This document shows, piece after piece, positions 1 to 9,220 of a stretch of 36,764 nucleotides of DNA. Position 1 is the first letter of the stretch, and the number at the start of each line of letters is the position of its first letter. The position numbers were made by a program, and so were the translations under genes. Under the pieces are notes generated by a model. The model did not search any database. It saw only the letters and a list, made by a program, of their open reading frames with translations, and had not been told where the DNA came from. This DNA comes from Chloroflexota bacterium (lineage in GTDB: Bacteria > Chloroflexota > Limnocylindria > P2-11E). The DNA is taken from the NCBI GenBank assembly GCA_031394155.1, contig JANMWW010000307.1:1-36764 (forward strand). The letters are read 5' to 3'.

Positions 1-2696
1 CCGCTGGTCGGCCGGTGGATGGAGCTCTCCCGCCTCGACCTTGCCTATCAGTCCTCTCGCCTTGGCCACACCGAAGTCGTGCTCATCGCGGGCGAGCCGG
101 GAATCGGCAAGAGCCGGTTGCTTTCCGAGTTCACCGGTCTCGCCACCGCGTCGGAGGAGGGCGCGAACTCGGCGGATGCGCCGCGCGTTCTGCGCTGGAC
201 CTTCTCGCGCGTGAACAACCGTGCGTACGCGGGCTTCATCGAGCCGCTCATGGTCGAGCTGCGGATCGATGTGACCTCAGCCGACGCTCAGACGCACCTC
301 GAGGAGCGGCTCGCGGAGCTCGACTTCATGAATCCAAAGATGGTCTCCCCGATCCTCGCGCAGTTCGCCCATCTGCCGGGCGCGCCTGAGCCGGCGAGCG
401 ACTCAGAGGAATGGAAGCGGACGATGTTCATCGCCGTCTACGACCTCATCGTCGCGCTGGCGCGCAGCCGCCCACTCCTCTACATCCTCGAAGACCTGCA
501 CTACGCGGACGCAGCCTCCCTCGACCTGTTGTGGTTCCTGGCCTCACGTACGTCGCGCGTGCCGCTGCTGTTCCTCCTCGCGCAGCGCATCGGTCCCGGC
601 ACGCCTGACCCGCGGCCGTCGCGCACGAACTTCACGCAGCTCGTCCTCGAGCCCCTGACCGACGAGGAGGCCGCGCGCATCGTCGAGGCGACCTTCGACT
701 GGCTGCCGGACGAGCTGCGTGACCGCATCGTCGCGCGCGCTGGCGGCAACCCGTTCTTCATCGAAGAGAGCCTGCGTTCGCTCGTCGAGTCTGGCGCCGT
801 ACAGAAGGACGCCATCGGCGAATGGACGCTGCGTGACCGCCCGTCGGTGCTCGAGGTGCCGGCGACGCTGCACGCCGTCGTCGCGGCGCGTATCGACCGC
901 CTGCCCGTGACGGCGCGGGAGTGCATCCAGCTCGCGTCGGTCATCGGCCAGCGCTTTGGCGATCGCGTCTTGCGCGAAGCCGGGGGGAGTCGGATCGCGG
1001 ACGCGGTCGACCAGCTCATCGCCGCGGACCTGGTGCTCGAGGCTGCTCCGGGTGAGCGTCGTGAGGGCAGATATCGGTTCAAGCACGCCGTCGTTCAAGA
1101 GGTCGCGTACAACACGCTGCTCGTGCGCCGCCGCGCGGAAATGCACAAGCGCGTGGCCATCGCGTACGAGACCGTACTCAGCGAGAACGAGCTCAAGGAC
1201 TTTTACGCTGCGCTGGCGCACCACTATCTCCTGGGCGACGTGCCAGAGAAGGCGGTCGAGTACGCCTGGAAGGCCGCGCAGCGCGCGACCGCGATCCACG
1301 CGTACGTCGAGGCGGTGCGATTCGCCGAGCAGTCGCTCGAGCTGTACGAAAAGCTGAACCGCACGGCCGAGGCGGTGGAGTCGCTGTACCTGATCGCGCG
1401 CATCCGCCGCTACCGCGGCGAGAACGATGGAGCGCTCGCGGCGTTCGAGCGCGCGCTCGTGCTCCTCGAAGCAAGCGATCCGAATGCGCCAGCGGTCGGG
1501 ACCGTGCTCGCGCACATGGCGGAGCTCTGCACGCGTTGGAACGCGAAGCATCCGGACCTGCCGGGCATCATTGCCCGCGGGCTCGCGATCGTCGATGGAA
1601 AGCGCAACCGCGACAAGGTGCTCTTGCTCGCCGCGAAGTCATTCCTGACGCGCAGAGGTTCGAAGCCGACCGACGCCGACTGGGAGACCTCGCTCGCGAC
1701 GGCGAAGGAAGCCCTCGGTATCGCAGAGGAGCTCGGCCTGCTGCGCGAGGTGAGCCTGTGTCTTGACGCGGTGGGCTACGCGTACGGCGAGCTCGGCAAC
1801 TACCGCGAGTCGTACGCGCAGAACAAGCGGCGCCTGCCGATCGCGCAGTCTCTGCAGGACAGCGACGAGCTGATCGACGCGCACACGATGGTCGCTGTCG
1901 CCTCGATCGTCCTCGGGAATTTCGGCGAGGTGCTCGAGAACGCGACCGCAGCGTGGGAGATCGCCGATCAGACGGAGAAGCCGCGCCTGGGCTCGGAGGC
2001 CGTCCAGGTCGAGGCCCTCGCGCGCCTCCTGTCGGGCGACTTCCAGGGAGCGCTCGACGCCGCAGCGCGGCGCGAACGGATCATGCCGGTGGGCAAGCCG
2101 TACGCGGCGCTGGTGGTCGCGAGCGCGGCCGCGGCGGCGATGGCGCTCCCAGAAGAGAAGACCATGCGGGAGCGTCTCGTCGAGCTCGAAGCCGCGCCGA
2201 TCGACATCGCAGCGTGCGACTTCCTCACAGCGGTCTACGGATCCCGCGAGGCGGAATCGAGCTATCGCGCGATCCGCAGCGCCGGCTACCCGAAGGGCTC
2301 GGTGGACAACATCGTCATCGGCCCGCTCGCCGTGCTCAGTGCGGCGCGGTGGCGCATCGATGACGCGGCTTTTACCGAGCGCATCGAGAACGCGGTGGAA
2401 CGCGCTGGCCACGCACGCGGTCGTGCGCTGCTCGTCCAGGCGGAGGGGCTGCGCGCGCAGAACGCCGGCGAACATAGCAAGGCGGCGAAGCTGCTCTTCG
2501 ACGCGGTGCAGTCGTTCGCAACGCTGAACCTCGACTACGAGCGCGCCGTGCGCTCGCCGATCTCGCGCGCTCGCTCGCGGAGACAGGTGGCCGTGATCAG
2601 GCGCAGTCGCACCTCGATGAAGCGAAGGCGATCGCCGATCGACTGAAGGCCGTCGCTCTACGCACCGCGATCGGGCAGGTGGCCGTCACGGCCTGA
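1..2696 (+). CDS. STAND/AAA ATPase with C-terminal TPR-like helical repeats (adenylate/guanylate cyclase-associated type); 5'-partial; 1-nt frameshift at about 2550
   Basis: Frame is open from base 1 (PLVGR...). Walker A GEPGIGKSRL, Walker B YILEDLH, GGNPFFIEE and YRFKHAVVQEVAY motifs. The ORF track ends at 2646, but a protein-like tail (ALADLARSLAETGGRDQAQSHLDEAKAIADRLKA...) continues in another frame to TGA at 2694-2696. Confidence 0.85.
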
Positions 2697-2744
2697 CGAC
2701 CTGACTCGGGCTCTGCCGGTCAGCGATCAGATTCACGGCCACGT

Positions 2745-2782
2745 GAAGAAGGCGGTCGGACCCACGGAGGATCCGACCGCCT
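2745..2782 (-). terminator. Intrinsic terminator (possibly bidirectional) between convergent genes
   Basis: Minus strand reads AGGCGGTCGGATCC-TCCGT-GGGTCCGACCGCCT (14-bp stem with one G-U) followed by TCTTC. Confidence 0.8.
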
Positions 2783-2795
2783 CATGTCGCGTGGG

Positions 2796-3398
2796 CTACT
2801 CGGTCGCGATGTCTCCCTGGTTGCCGCCCTGATCGGAAGAGGCGTTCCGCCAGTGACGGAAGGCAAGGTGCTCGCCTTCAGCGTGGTAATTGAACTTGAA
2901 GGGAACGACGTTCCAGGTCGCGCCCGCGCTGAAGTGGAGGGCCACGAACGCGTCGCCGGTGCACGGTGCCGGACAGCCGCCGACCGGGTTGAACGAGCTG
3001 GCGGTGACGGATCCGCTCAGGAAGCCCTTGAAGTTGCCCCTGATCCCGGCCGTCACGATCGTGCCATGCGCGCCGGATGTCTCGCAGGCGCCCGGGCTCG
3101 CGCCGGCGACGGTCACGAACTTCCCGTCCTTGAAGTCTTCACGGAGCTGCCAGGTGCCAGAGGCGTTCTGGCTGACGGTGAAGACGCGATTGAAGGTGTC
3201 GTTGGCCCAGTCGTTGCCGCAGGTGCCGGAGTCCGCAGAAGAACTGGCGTAGGGGCCGAACTTCATCTGGTCGCCCCTGTCACCGTGGTCGCCCTGCTCC
3301 CCCTGGTCGCCCTGGTCCTCGTCATCAGCGAGAGCGATCTGCGGGAACGCCAGCAGCAGAAGCGCGAAGATGACTGTCAGCATGCTAAAACGTTTCAT
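2796..3398 (-). CDS. Secreted hypothetical protein with acidic Gly-X-Y N-terminal repeats and 4 Cys
   Basis: AAGGAG RBS before ATG at 3398. Sec signal peptide MKRFSMLTVIFALLLLAFPQIALA. Terminator downstream. Confidence 0.85.
   Translation of the reverse strand: MKRFSMLTVIFALLLLAFPQIALADDEDQGDQGEQGDHGDRGDQMKFGPYASSSADSGTCGNDWANDTFNRVFTVSQNASGTWQLREDFKDGKFVTVAGASPGACETSGAHGTIVTAGIRGNFKGFLSGSVTASSFNPVGGCPAPCTGDAFVALHFSAGATWNVVPFKFNYHAEGEHLAFRHWRNASSDQGGNQGDIATE
3267..3311 (-). repeat. Five imperfect 9-nt tandem units encoding GDQ GEQ GDH GDR GDQ
   Basis: Read directly from the sequence (ctggtcgcc-type units on the + strand). Confidence 0.8.
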
Positions 3399-3490
3399 TG
3401 ACTGCTCCTTATCCCGAATAGGTTGTAGCAGATGAGGCAAGGGACAGTTGGCAAGTGAGCGCACAGTAGAAAGGCGGCTCGGGCGATCAG

Positions 3491-3529
3491 AAGAAATCCA
3501 AAGAAGTGTCACGACATCGTGACTTGGAT
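3491..3529 (-). terminator. Putative terminator hairpin after the FAD oxidoreductase
   Basis: Palindrome GTCACGA-CA-TCGTGAC at 3508-3523 with outer ATCCAA/TTGGAT arms, followed by a T-rich tract on the minus strand. Confidence 0.45.
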
Positions 3530-4944
3530 CAGGCGAGCGACCGCCGCAACGCACTGCGCGCTCCGTGATAGCCGCACATGCCGTGCACTCCCCCGCCCGG
3601 CGGCGTCGCGGCGCTGCACAGCGTGATATCGCGCGCGCTGGTCGCGTATGGATCGAGCGCGATGCGCGGGCGCATCAGCAGCTGCAAGCGCGCGTGCGAG
3701 CCGTTCGCGATATCACCGCCGATGTTGTTCGCGTTCTCCCGCTCGACATCCGCGGGCGTCGACACGACGCGCTTGAGCACGCGCGTTTGGAATCCCGGCG
3801 CGAACCGTTCGATCTGCGCTTCGATGCGCCCGGTCATGTCGGTGGTCGAGCCGTTCGGCACGTGGCAGTACGCCCACAGCGTGTGCTTCCCGATCGGGGC
3901 TCGAGTGTCATCAAAGAGACTCTGCTGTCCCACGAGCACGAAAGGCCGTTCAGGGTGTCCTCCTCGCGAGACCTCGCGCTCGCTCGCGGCGATCTCGTCG
4001 AACGTGCCGCCCAGATGCACCGTGCCGGCGCGCAGACAGTCAGCGGCGCGCCACGGCACGGGTCCATCGAGTGCGTAATCGAGCTTGAACACACCCGGCC
4101 CGCGCCGATAGCGCAGCATCCTGCGCCGGTACGACGACGACAGCCGATCGCCCGCGATGAGCGCGAGTGCCGCAGGCGACGTGTCGAAGAGATACGCACG
4201 CGCCGGCGGCAGATCGCTCATCTGCTGAACGCGCCGGTCGGTGGTCACCGCGCCGCCGAGCGATGCGAGCTGCGACGCGAGCGCGTGCGCGATCTCGCCC
4301 GAGCCCTTTCGCGCGATCGGCCACCCCACCGCGTGTGCGGAGACGCCGAGGCTCAGAGCGAACGCGGCGGTGAACGGGTCGTCGAGGGGCAGGAACGAAT
4401 GCGCGGCGATCCCAGCAAGCAGCGCCGGTGCGCGATCGGCGCGAAATCGGCCGACGAGCGAGCGCGCGGAGCGCATCGCGCTGAGGCCGAATCGCGCGAG
4501 AAGGAGTGGATGCCTCGGAACATGACCGATCGGGCCAAGGATCTCATCGAACAGATCGCTCCACGAATCAACGAGAGGCGCCATGAGCGATGCGTATGCC
4601 GGGCCGTCTGCCCCGAGACTCCGGACCGTCGCATTGACCGATCGCTCGAGCACAATTGCCGACCCGTCATCAAGGGGGTGCGCAAGTGGCGCCTCGGGTT
4701 GAATCCACACGAGACCCTGCTCCTCCAGACGCAGCGCGCGGAAGAACGGCGACGCGGCACCCATCGGATGGAACGCCGAGCAGACGTCGTGGATGAAGCC
4801 GGGAAGCGTCAGCTCCGCGGAGCGCGCGCCTCCGCCGATGTCGTGATTGGCCTCGTAGACCGTGACGCTCCGGCCGGCACGCGCGAGAGTGATCGCCGCG
4901 GCGAGGCCGTTCGGCCCCGCGCCGACGACGACGGCATCAGGCAC
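3529..4944 (-). CDS. Phytoene desaturase-like NAD(P)/FAD-dependent oxidoreductase
   Basis: N-terminal VVVGAGPNGLAAA dinucleotide-binding motif. C-terminal CSAATPPGGGVHGMCG. GTG start at 4944 overlaps the stop of the upstream gene. Confidence 0.9.
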   Translation of the reverse strand: MPDAVVVGAGPNGLAAAITLARAGRSVTVYEANHDIGGGARSAELTLPGFIHDVCSAFHPMGAASPFFRALRLEEQGLVWIQPEAPLAHPLDDGSAIVLERSVNATVRSLGADGPAYASLMAPLVDSWSDLFDEILGPIGHVPRHPLLLARFGLSAMRSARSLVGRFRADRAPALLAGIAAHSFLPLDDPFTAAFALSLGVSAHAVGWPIARKGSGEIAHALASQLASLGGAVTTDRRVQQMSDLPPARAYLFDTSPAALALIAGDRLSSSYRRRMLRYRRGPGVFKLDYALDGPVPWRAADCLRAGTVHLGGTFDEIAASEREVSRGGHPERPFVLVGQQSLFDDTRAPIGKHTLWAYCHVPNGSTTDMTGRIEAQIERFAPGFQTRVLKRVVSTPADVERENANNIGGDIANGSHARLQLLMRPRIALDPYATSARDITLCSAATPPGGGVHGMCGYHGARSALRRSLA

Positions 4945-7747
4945 GCGCCCCCAGATAGCGGTCGAACCACTCGCTCGCGCGCCGCAGCGAATCGATCGCA
5001 TTCTCGCGCGTGCGGAACCCGTGGCCCTCGCCCTCGTACACGTGCTGGTCGAACGTCTTGCCGGCCTTGGCGAGGGCGTCGGTCATGAGCTTCGCCTCGC
5101 TCTGCGGCACGCGCGGATCGTTCGCTCCCTGCAGCACGAGCAGCGGCGCCTTGATCTTCGAGACGTGCGTGAGTGGGGAGCGATCGCGATACAGATCCGG
5201 CACCTTCGCCGGATCGCCGAGCTCTCGCTCGAGGTAGTCCTTCAGGTCACCGCGCGTCGTGTCGTGCAGCGTCTTCCACGAGACGACGCCGACGACCGAG
5301 ACGCCCGCGGCCCACACATCGGGCGCCTGCGTGAGGACCATCAGCGTCATGAATCCTCCGTAGCTGCCGCCGTACGCGCCGATGCGCCTCGGGTCGGCGA
5401 TGCCATCGCTCACCAGCCACTGCGCACCCTTCACGACGTCCTGCAGATCCTTGCCCCCCCAGTCGCCGCGGTTCGCTTCCTGGAATTCGCGGCCATAGCC
5501 GGTCGAGCCGCGGATGTTCGGCGCGAGCACGACGTAGCCGTTGTTCGCGAACCACTGCGATGCCCGGTCCCACCAGCGCAGGTGCTGCCCGGTCGGGCCG
5601 CCATGGATGTGCACGATCGCCGGCGGGAGCGCGCCGCCGCGGATCGCCTCGGCGTGCGGGACATACAGGAGCGCGGGGATCTCCCGTCCGTCCGCTCCTG
5701 GATACCGCACGTGCATCGGCTCAACGAGCGTCGCGGGGTCGATGGTCGCCGGAAGCGATCGCGTGAGTCGCTTCGGCGCGACCATGCGCTCACCGGTGAC
5801 GTACACGTCCCAGGGGTCGCGCGCGCCGGTCCAGAGGAACGCGACAAGGTCTGAGTCCGGACCGACATGCGCAGACGCGTGCACGCCGGGCCGGTCCGCG
5901 ACGGCGTGTGTCGCGTGGGACACGGCGAACACGCGGCGGACGGAGGTCGCGGACTCCTCGCTGTGGAGGTAGAGCAGGCCGCGGCCGTCGGGCCGCCAGG
6001 TGGGCTCGGTCTCGTCGTGGATGTTCTGCGTCAGGTACTCGATTTCGCCGACCGTGTCCCCTGTTGGATCGAGCTTCGCGATCGCGGGCTCGTAGCGGCC
6101 GCGCACGTTCGTCGTGAACGAGATGCGACCGCCGTCGGGCGAGAACGACGCGTGCTGTGATTCGCCATCCTTCCCCTGGCGCGTGTCGAGCATCGTGGCG
6201 GGGCCGCCGCCGGCAGACACGAGGTACGTCCCGACATTGGTCCGCGACTTTTCGCGGCGCGAGGCGAAGATGATCTTCCTGCCGTGTGGCGACCAGCGAG
6301 GCTGCAGGTCCTCATGCGATCCATCGGTGAGGGGGACACGAACGCCGCTCTTCACGTCGATGATGCTCACGCCGAAGCCGTTGCCGCCGACGTTCGAGAC
6401 GTAGGCGATGCGCTGCCCATCGGGCGACCAGGAGATGTCGCGGTGCGAGACGCTGGGCTCGTCCGTGATGTTGCGCTCCTGCTCGCCGGAGCGATCGACC
6501 ACCCAGATCGCCCAGCGCTCGTTGCCGCCTGTGTCACGAAGGAAGGCGAGCTGCTGTCCATCGGGCGACCAGCGGGGAGACACGCTTCGCTCCGTGCCGT
6601 CGGTGAGCTGATAGAGCGTTTCCTTCTCGATCGGCGCGCTGTAGATCTCGAAGTTGCCGGTCTTGTTCCAGCTGAACGCGACCTCGTCGCCCTGTGGCGA
6701 CAGATCGATCGCGCCGAAACTCCAGTCGACGTAGGGGGAGCCGACAAGATCCTCGATCGGCAGCCGCTTGAAGCGGGGGCCCAGCGGACGCGGCCGGTAG
6801 ACGCCCGCTACGCTCGCTTCGCTCGCTGAACGGGGGCCCCTCCCCCCGGGCACGATGTCGGCCACCGGATTCGCGATCGTCGTCGGCGGCCGCTCCGTGC
6901 CGTGCGCGTCCCAGTCCTCGGCGAACGGCTTCGGTCGCTTCGTCTCCTTCGGCGGTGCCACGCTCGCTCCGGGAGCGTCCCCATTGCCGGCTGCGGCCGG
7001 CGGCGTCGAGGGCACCGGCCGCTTCGCGTGCTCGATCAGATCGCGCGACTGCCGCGCGACCACGAGCGTGCTCGTGCCCATCGCGGCCTCGCGCGGCGCG
7101 GTCGCTTCGCGCGGGACGATCTTCTCGTTGTGCGCCATCAGGTTCTCGAGACGGCCCTTGTACGCGCGGTCCCAGGGCGGCGGGATGAGGATCGAGAACT
7201 GCTTCTTGGGCTTCGGCAGCTCGCGCTGCAGCTGGAGCAGTGTGTCCTTTCCGGCGTTCCACATCGGCGAGCGTCCCGCCGACAGGACCGCCGAGAACTC
7301 GAGCTCGATCAGCTCGTGCGCGGCGTCGGACGCGAGATCGAGGTCGCCACAGACGAGGACTCCGCCAGCCTTGCGCAGGAGGATGACCGTCGCGCCTTCG
7401 CCTCGTGTCCGCACGCGTATCGCGCGCGCGTCCGGCCGCAGGAGCTCGTCGTCTCCGAACACGACGTCTGGCTCGCCGCCGAGGGCCAGCGCGTCGTCCT
7501 TGTGCACCGCGATGCGCACGCCGAGCGCTTCACGAAATTTCTCCGCTTCCTTCGCGCGGGCCGCGTTCGTCGCGACGAGCAGCGATGGGCGGCCCGTGCC
7601 TTCGATGAGACGCGAAGCGCGCGGGCTGAAGGGTGGGATGTCGATGAGGAGATTGCCGCGAGCGAAGTCGTAGACGATGTACTGGCGCTCGTTCTCGAGC
7701 GGCTCGTACAGCTCGAAGATCCACGATCGAAGCTGATGGATATCCAC
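4937..7747 (-). CDS. S9 family (acylaminoacyl/prolyl oligo-) peptidase with PD40 beta-propeller, Pro-rich linker and N-terminal degenerate MBL-like domain
   Basis: WSPDG repeats, IHGGP, catalytic GGSYGG / GANDPRV / EGHGF. About 340 extra N-terminal residues. Confidence 0.9.
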   Translation of the reverse strand: MDIHQLRSWIFELYEPLENERQYIVYDFARGNLLIDIPPFSPRASRLIEGTGRPSLLVATNAARAKEAEKFREALGVRIAVHKDDALALGGEPDVVFGDDELLRPDARAIRVRTRGEGATVILLRKAGGVLVCGDLDLASDAAHELIELEFSAVLSAGRSPMWNAGKDTLLQLQRELPKPKKQFSILIPPPWDRAYKGRLENLMAHNEKIVPREATAPREAAMGTSTLVVARQSRDLIEHAKRPVPSTPPAAAGNGDAPGASVAPPKETKRPKPFAEDWDAHGTERPPTTIANPVADIVPGGRGPRSASEASVAGVYRPRPLGPRFKRLPIEDLVGSPYVDWSFGAIDLSPQGDEVAFSWNKTGNFEIYSAPIEKETLYQLTDGTERSVSPRWSPDGQQLAFLRDTGGNERWAIWVVDRSGEQERNITDEPSVSHRDISWSPDGQRIAYVSNVGGNGFGVSIIDVKSGVRVPLTDGSHEDLQPRWSPHGRKIIFASRREKSRTNVGTYLVSAGGGPATMLDTRQGKDGESQHASFSPDGGRISFTTNVRGRYEPAIAKLDPTGDTVGEIEYLTQNIHDETEPTWRPDGRGLLYLHSEESATSVRRVFAVSHATHAVADRPGVHASAHVGPDSDLVAFLWTGARDPWDVYVTGERMVAPKRLTRSLPATIDPATLVEPMHVRYPGADGREIPALLYVPHAEAIRGGALPPAIVHIHGGPTGQHLRWWDRASQWFANNGYVVLAPNIRGSTGYGREFQEANRGDWGGKDLQDVVKGAQWLVSDGIADPRRIGAYGGSYGGFMTLMVLTQAPDVWAAGVSVVGVVSWKTLHDTTRGDLKDYLERELGDPAKVPDLYRDRSPLTHVSKIKAPLLVLQGANDPRVPQSEAKLMTDALAKAGKTFDQHVYEGEGHGFRTRENAIDSLRRASEWFDRYLGARA
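6810..6847 (-). repeat. Short GA-hairpin element, copy 1 (in-frame in the S9 peptidase linker)
   Basis: Minus strand ggggggaggggcccccgttcagcgagcgaagcgagcgt, highly similar to 22514-22553. Confidence 0.8.
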
Positions 7748-7782
7748 GGCTCAGGCCCGCGTATCGTACCGGGCGGCCCGGC

Positions 7783-8625
7783 TCAACGCGCCAGCTCCGG
7801 GAGCACCAGGAGCGTGTCCAGTCGGACGAGACCGCCGTCCGCTTCGACGCTCGCGATAGCGCGTTCGGTCCGATCGCTCTCCCAGTCGAAGAGACGCCCC
7901 ACTTTCTTCGGCGACACCCCACCGGCGAGCTCGATAAGCCGGCGCAGCACCGCGGCAACGGCTTCCGTCGAGGAGATCCCCTCCGCGGCCTTCACCGTTT
8001 CGGGATAGCGGCGCACGAACAGGTCGTAGGTGTAGTTGTAGTCGTCGCTGCGCTCCCCCACGGCCCTCACGCGCGCGACATACATGAGGCGCTGCAGCTC
8101 CTCGATCGCGTGCTCGAGACCGCCGCGGCCTTCCTTCGACTCGATGCCGAGGTCGGCGCGCATCCGCTTCTTCTGCGTCTCGCCGCGGTGCTGGAGGTAT
8201 TCGACGACGCGCCGGCCGAGATCGGTCAGCTTGCCGGCGCGCACATCCTCGAGGTGATCGTCCTCTTCACCGGCGCGACCGAAGGTCGCGTAGAAGGTCG
8301 GCAGCATCTTCATCGACACGAAGGTCGGCTTCTTCAACAGAAGCTTTCCGTAGTAGAGCTTCTTCGCCTCGGGCAGCTCGTCCTTCCACGGCCACATCCA
8401 CTCCCATTTCTTCCCGTCGTCGGTCGTGGAGAGGTGGTCGAAGCACGCGGGCACCGGGTACGAGGATTCGCCGCTGAACGCGAAGCAGAAGCCGACCGCG
8501 TCGACCATCGCGACCAGCTGCGTGGCGTTGCGAACGCGATGCGCGCGCTCGATCTTCTCGCGATGCGATGCGAGGACCGCCGCGATGTCCGGCGCCGCAC
8601 GCTTTGGCCGGGTGATGAGCTTCAT
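7783..8625 (-). CDS. AlkZ/YcaQ-related winged-helix protein (putative DNA-binding or repair)
   Basis: ATG at 8625. W-x-WKDELP...YYGKL...PTFVS motif and a wHTH-like middle region, recalled as AlkZ-related; not verified by search. Confidence 0.55.
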   Translation of the reverse strand: MKLITRPKRAAPDIAAVLASHREKIERAHRVRNATQLVAMVDAVGFCFAFSGESSYPVPACFDHLSTTDDGKKWEWMWPWKDELPEAKKLYYGKLLLKKPTFVSMKMLPTFYATFGRAGEEDDHLEDVRAGKLTDLGRRVVEYLQHRGETQKKRMRADLGIESKEGRGGLEHAIEELQRLMYVARVRAVGERSDDYNYTYDLFVRRYPETVKAAEGISSTEAVAAVLRRLIELAGGVSPKKVGRLFDWESDRTERAIASVEADGGLVRLDTLLVLPELAR

Positions 8626-8650
8626 GAGAGAGATATCCGGGCGATCCGCT

Positions 8651-9136
8651 TCACGAGAGAAATGTCGCGATGAGGCCGGCGATGATGGCGAGGCGCATCG
8701 CCCGCGATGAACGCCGGTGGAGCGCCGCGAACTCGCGCCGCAGCGGTGTGGTCTCGGGCATCTCGTCCCAGGCCGGCGTCTGGGCGCGCAGAGATCGCGC
8801 CACGGGATTCGCCCACCCGCTCGAATAGAGGACTGCAACAGCCATGACCGCGACGGCGATCCACCGCGCGGCCAGACGCCCTTCGAGGTCGCCGGCGACC
8901 TCGTACGCGCCGGCCTTCAGCGCGCTCGTGACGACGACGAGGATGACGCAGAGGATCGCGAGCCCGTCCCAGCGGGCCAGGACCAGCCCAAAAACCCCGC
9001 CTGCCTCGCTCCGTGAGCTCATCGTTCGAAAGACAACCGGAGCCACGACAGAGCCGAGGACGACGCCGCCACCGACCAGGATCGCCAAAGCCAAGTGATA
9101 AAGGAACTGAAGCGTGTCGCCGTAGAGGGTCTCCAC
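8651..9136 (-). CDS. DUF4149-like 4-TM membrane protein
   Basis: Four hydrophobic helices with VAPVVF and FAALHRRS motifs. GTG at 9136. Confidence 0.7.
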   Translation of the reverse strand: METLYGDTLQFLYHLALAILVGGGVVLGSVVAPVVFRTMSSRSEAGGVFGLVLARWDGLAILCVILVVVTSALKAGAYEVAGDLEGRLAARWIAVAVMAVAVLYSSGWANPVARSLRAQTPAWDEMPETTPLRREFAALHRRSSRAMRLAIIAGLIATFLS

Positions 9137-9171
9137 CTCATTTGACCCTAGCCCCTTCGCACACAAAAGGG

Positions 9172-9200
9172 ATTTCCGACTGGCATGCTCGGTTTAGACT
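9172..9200 (+). promoter_or_regulatory. Putative Rrf2-family (IscR/CymR-type) operator overlapping the moeB promoter
   Basis: ATTTCCGACTGGCATGCTCGGTTTA contains CCGA-N9-TCGG with AT-rich flanks. -10-like TAGACT at 9195-9200. Confidence 0.45.
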
Positions 9201-9220
9201 GAGTGCCAAGGGAGCGTTCA

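Noticed and set aside
9181-9210. CIRCE-like GAGTGCCAA half-site
   Set aside because: The left arm at N9 spacing does not match TTAGCACTC, and no chaperone gene follows.
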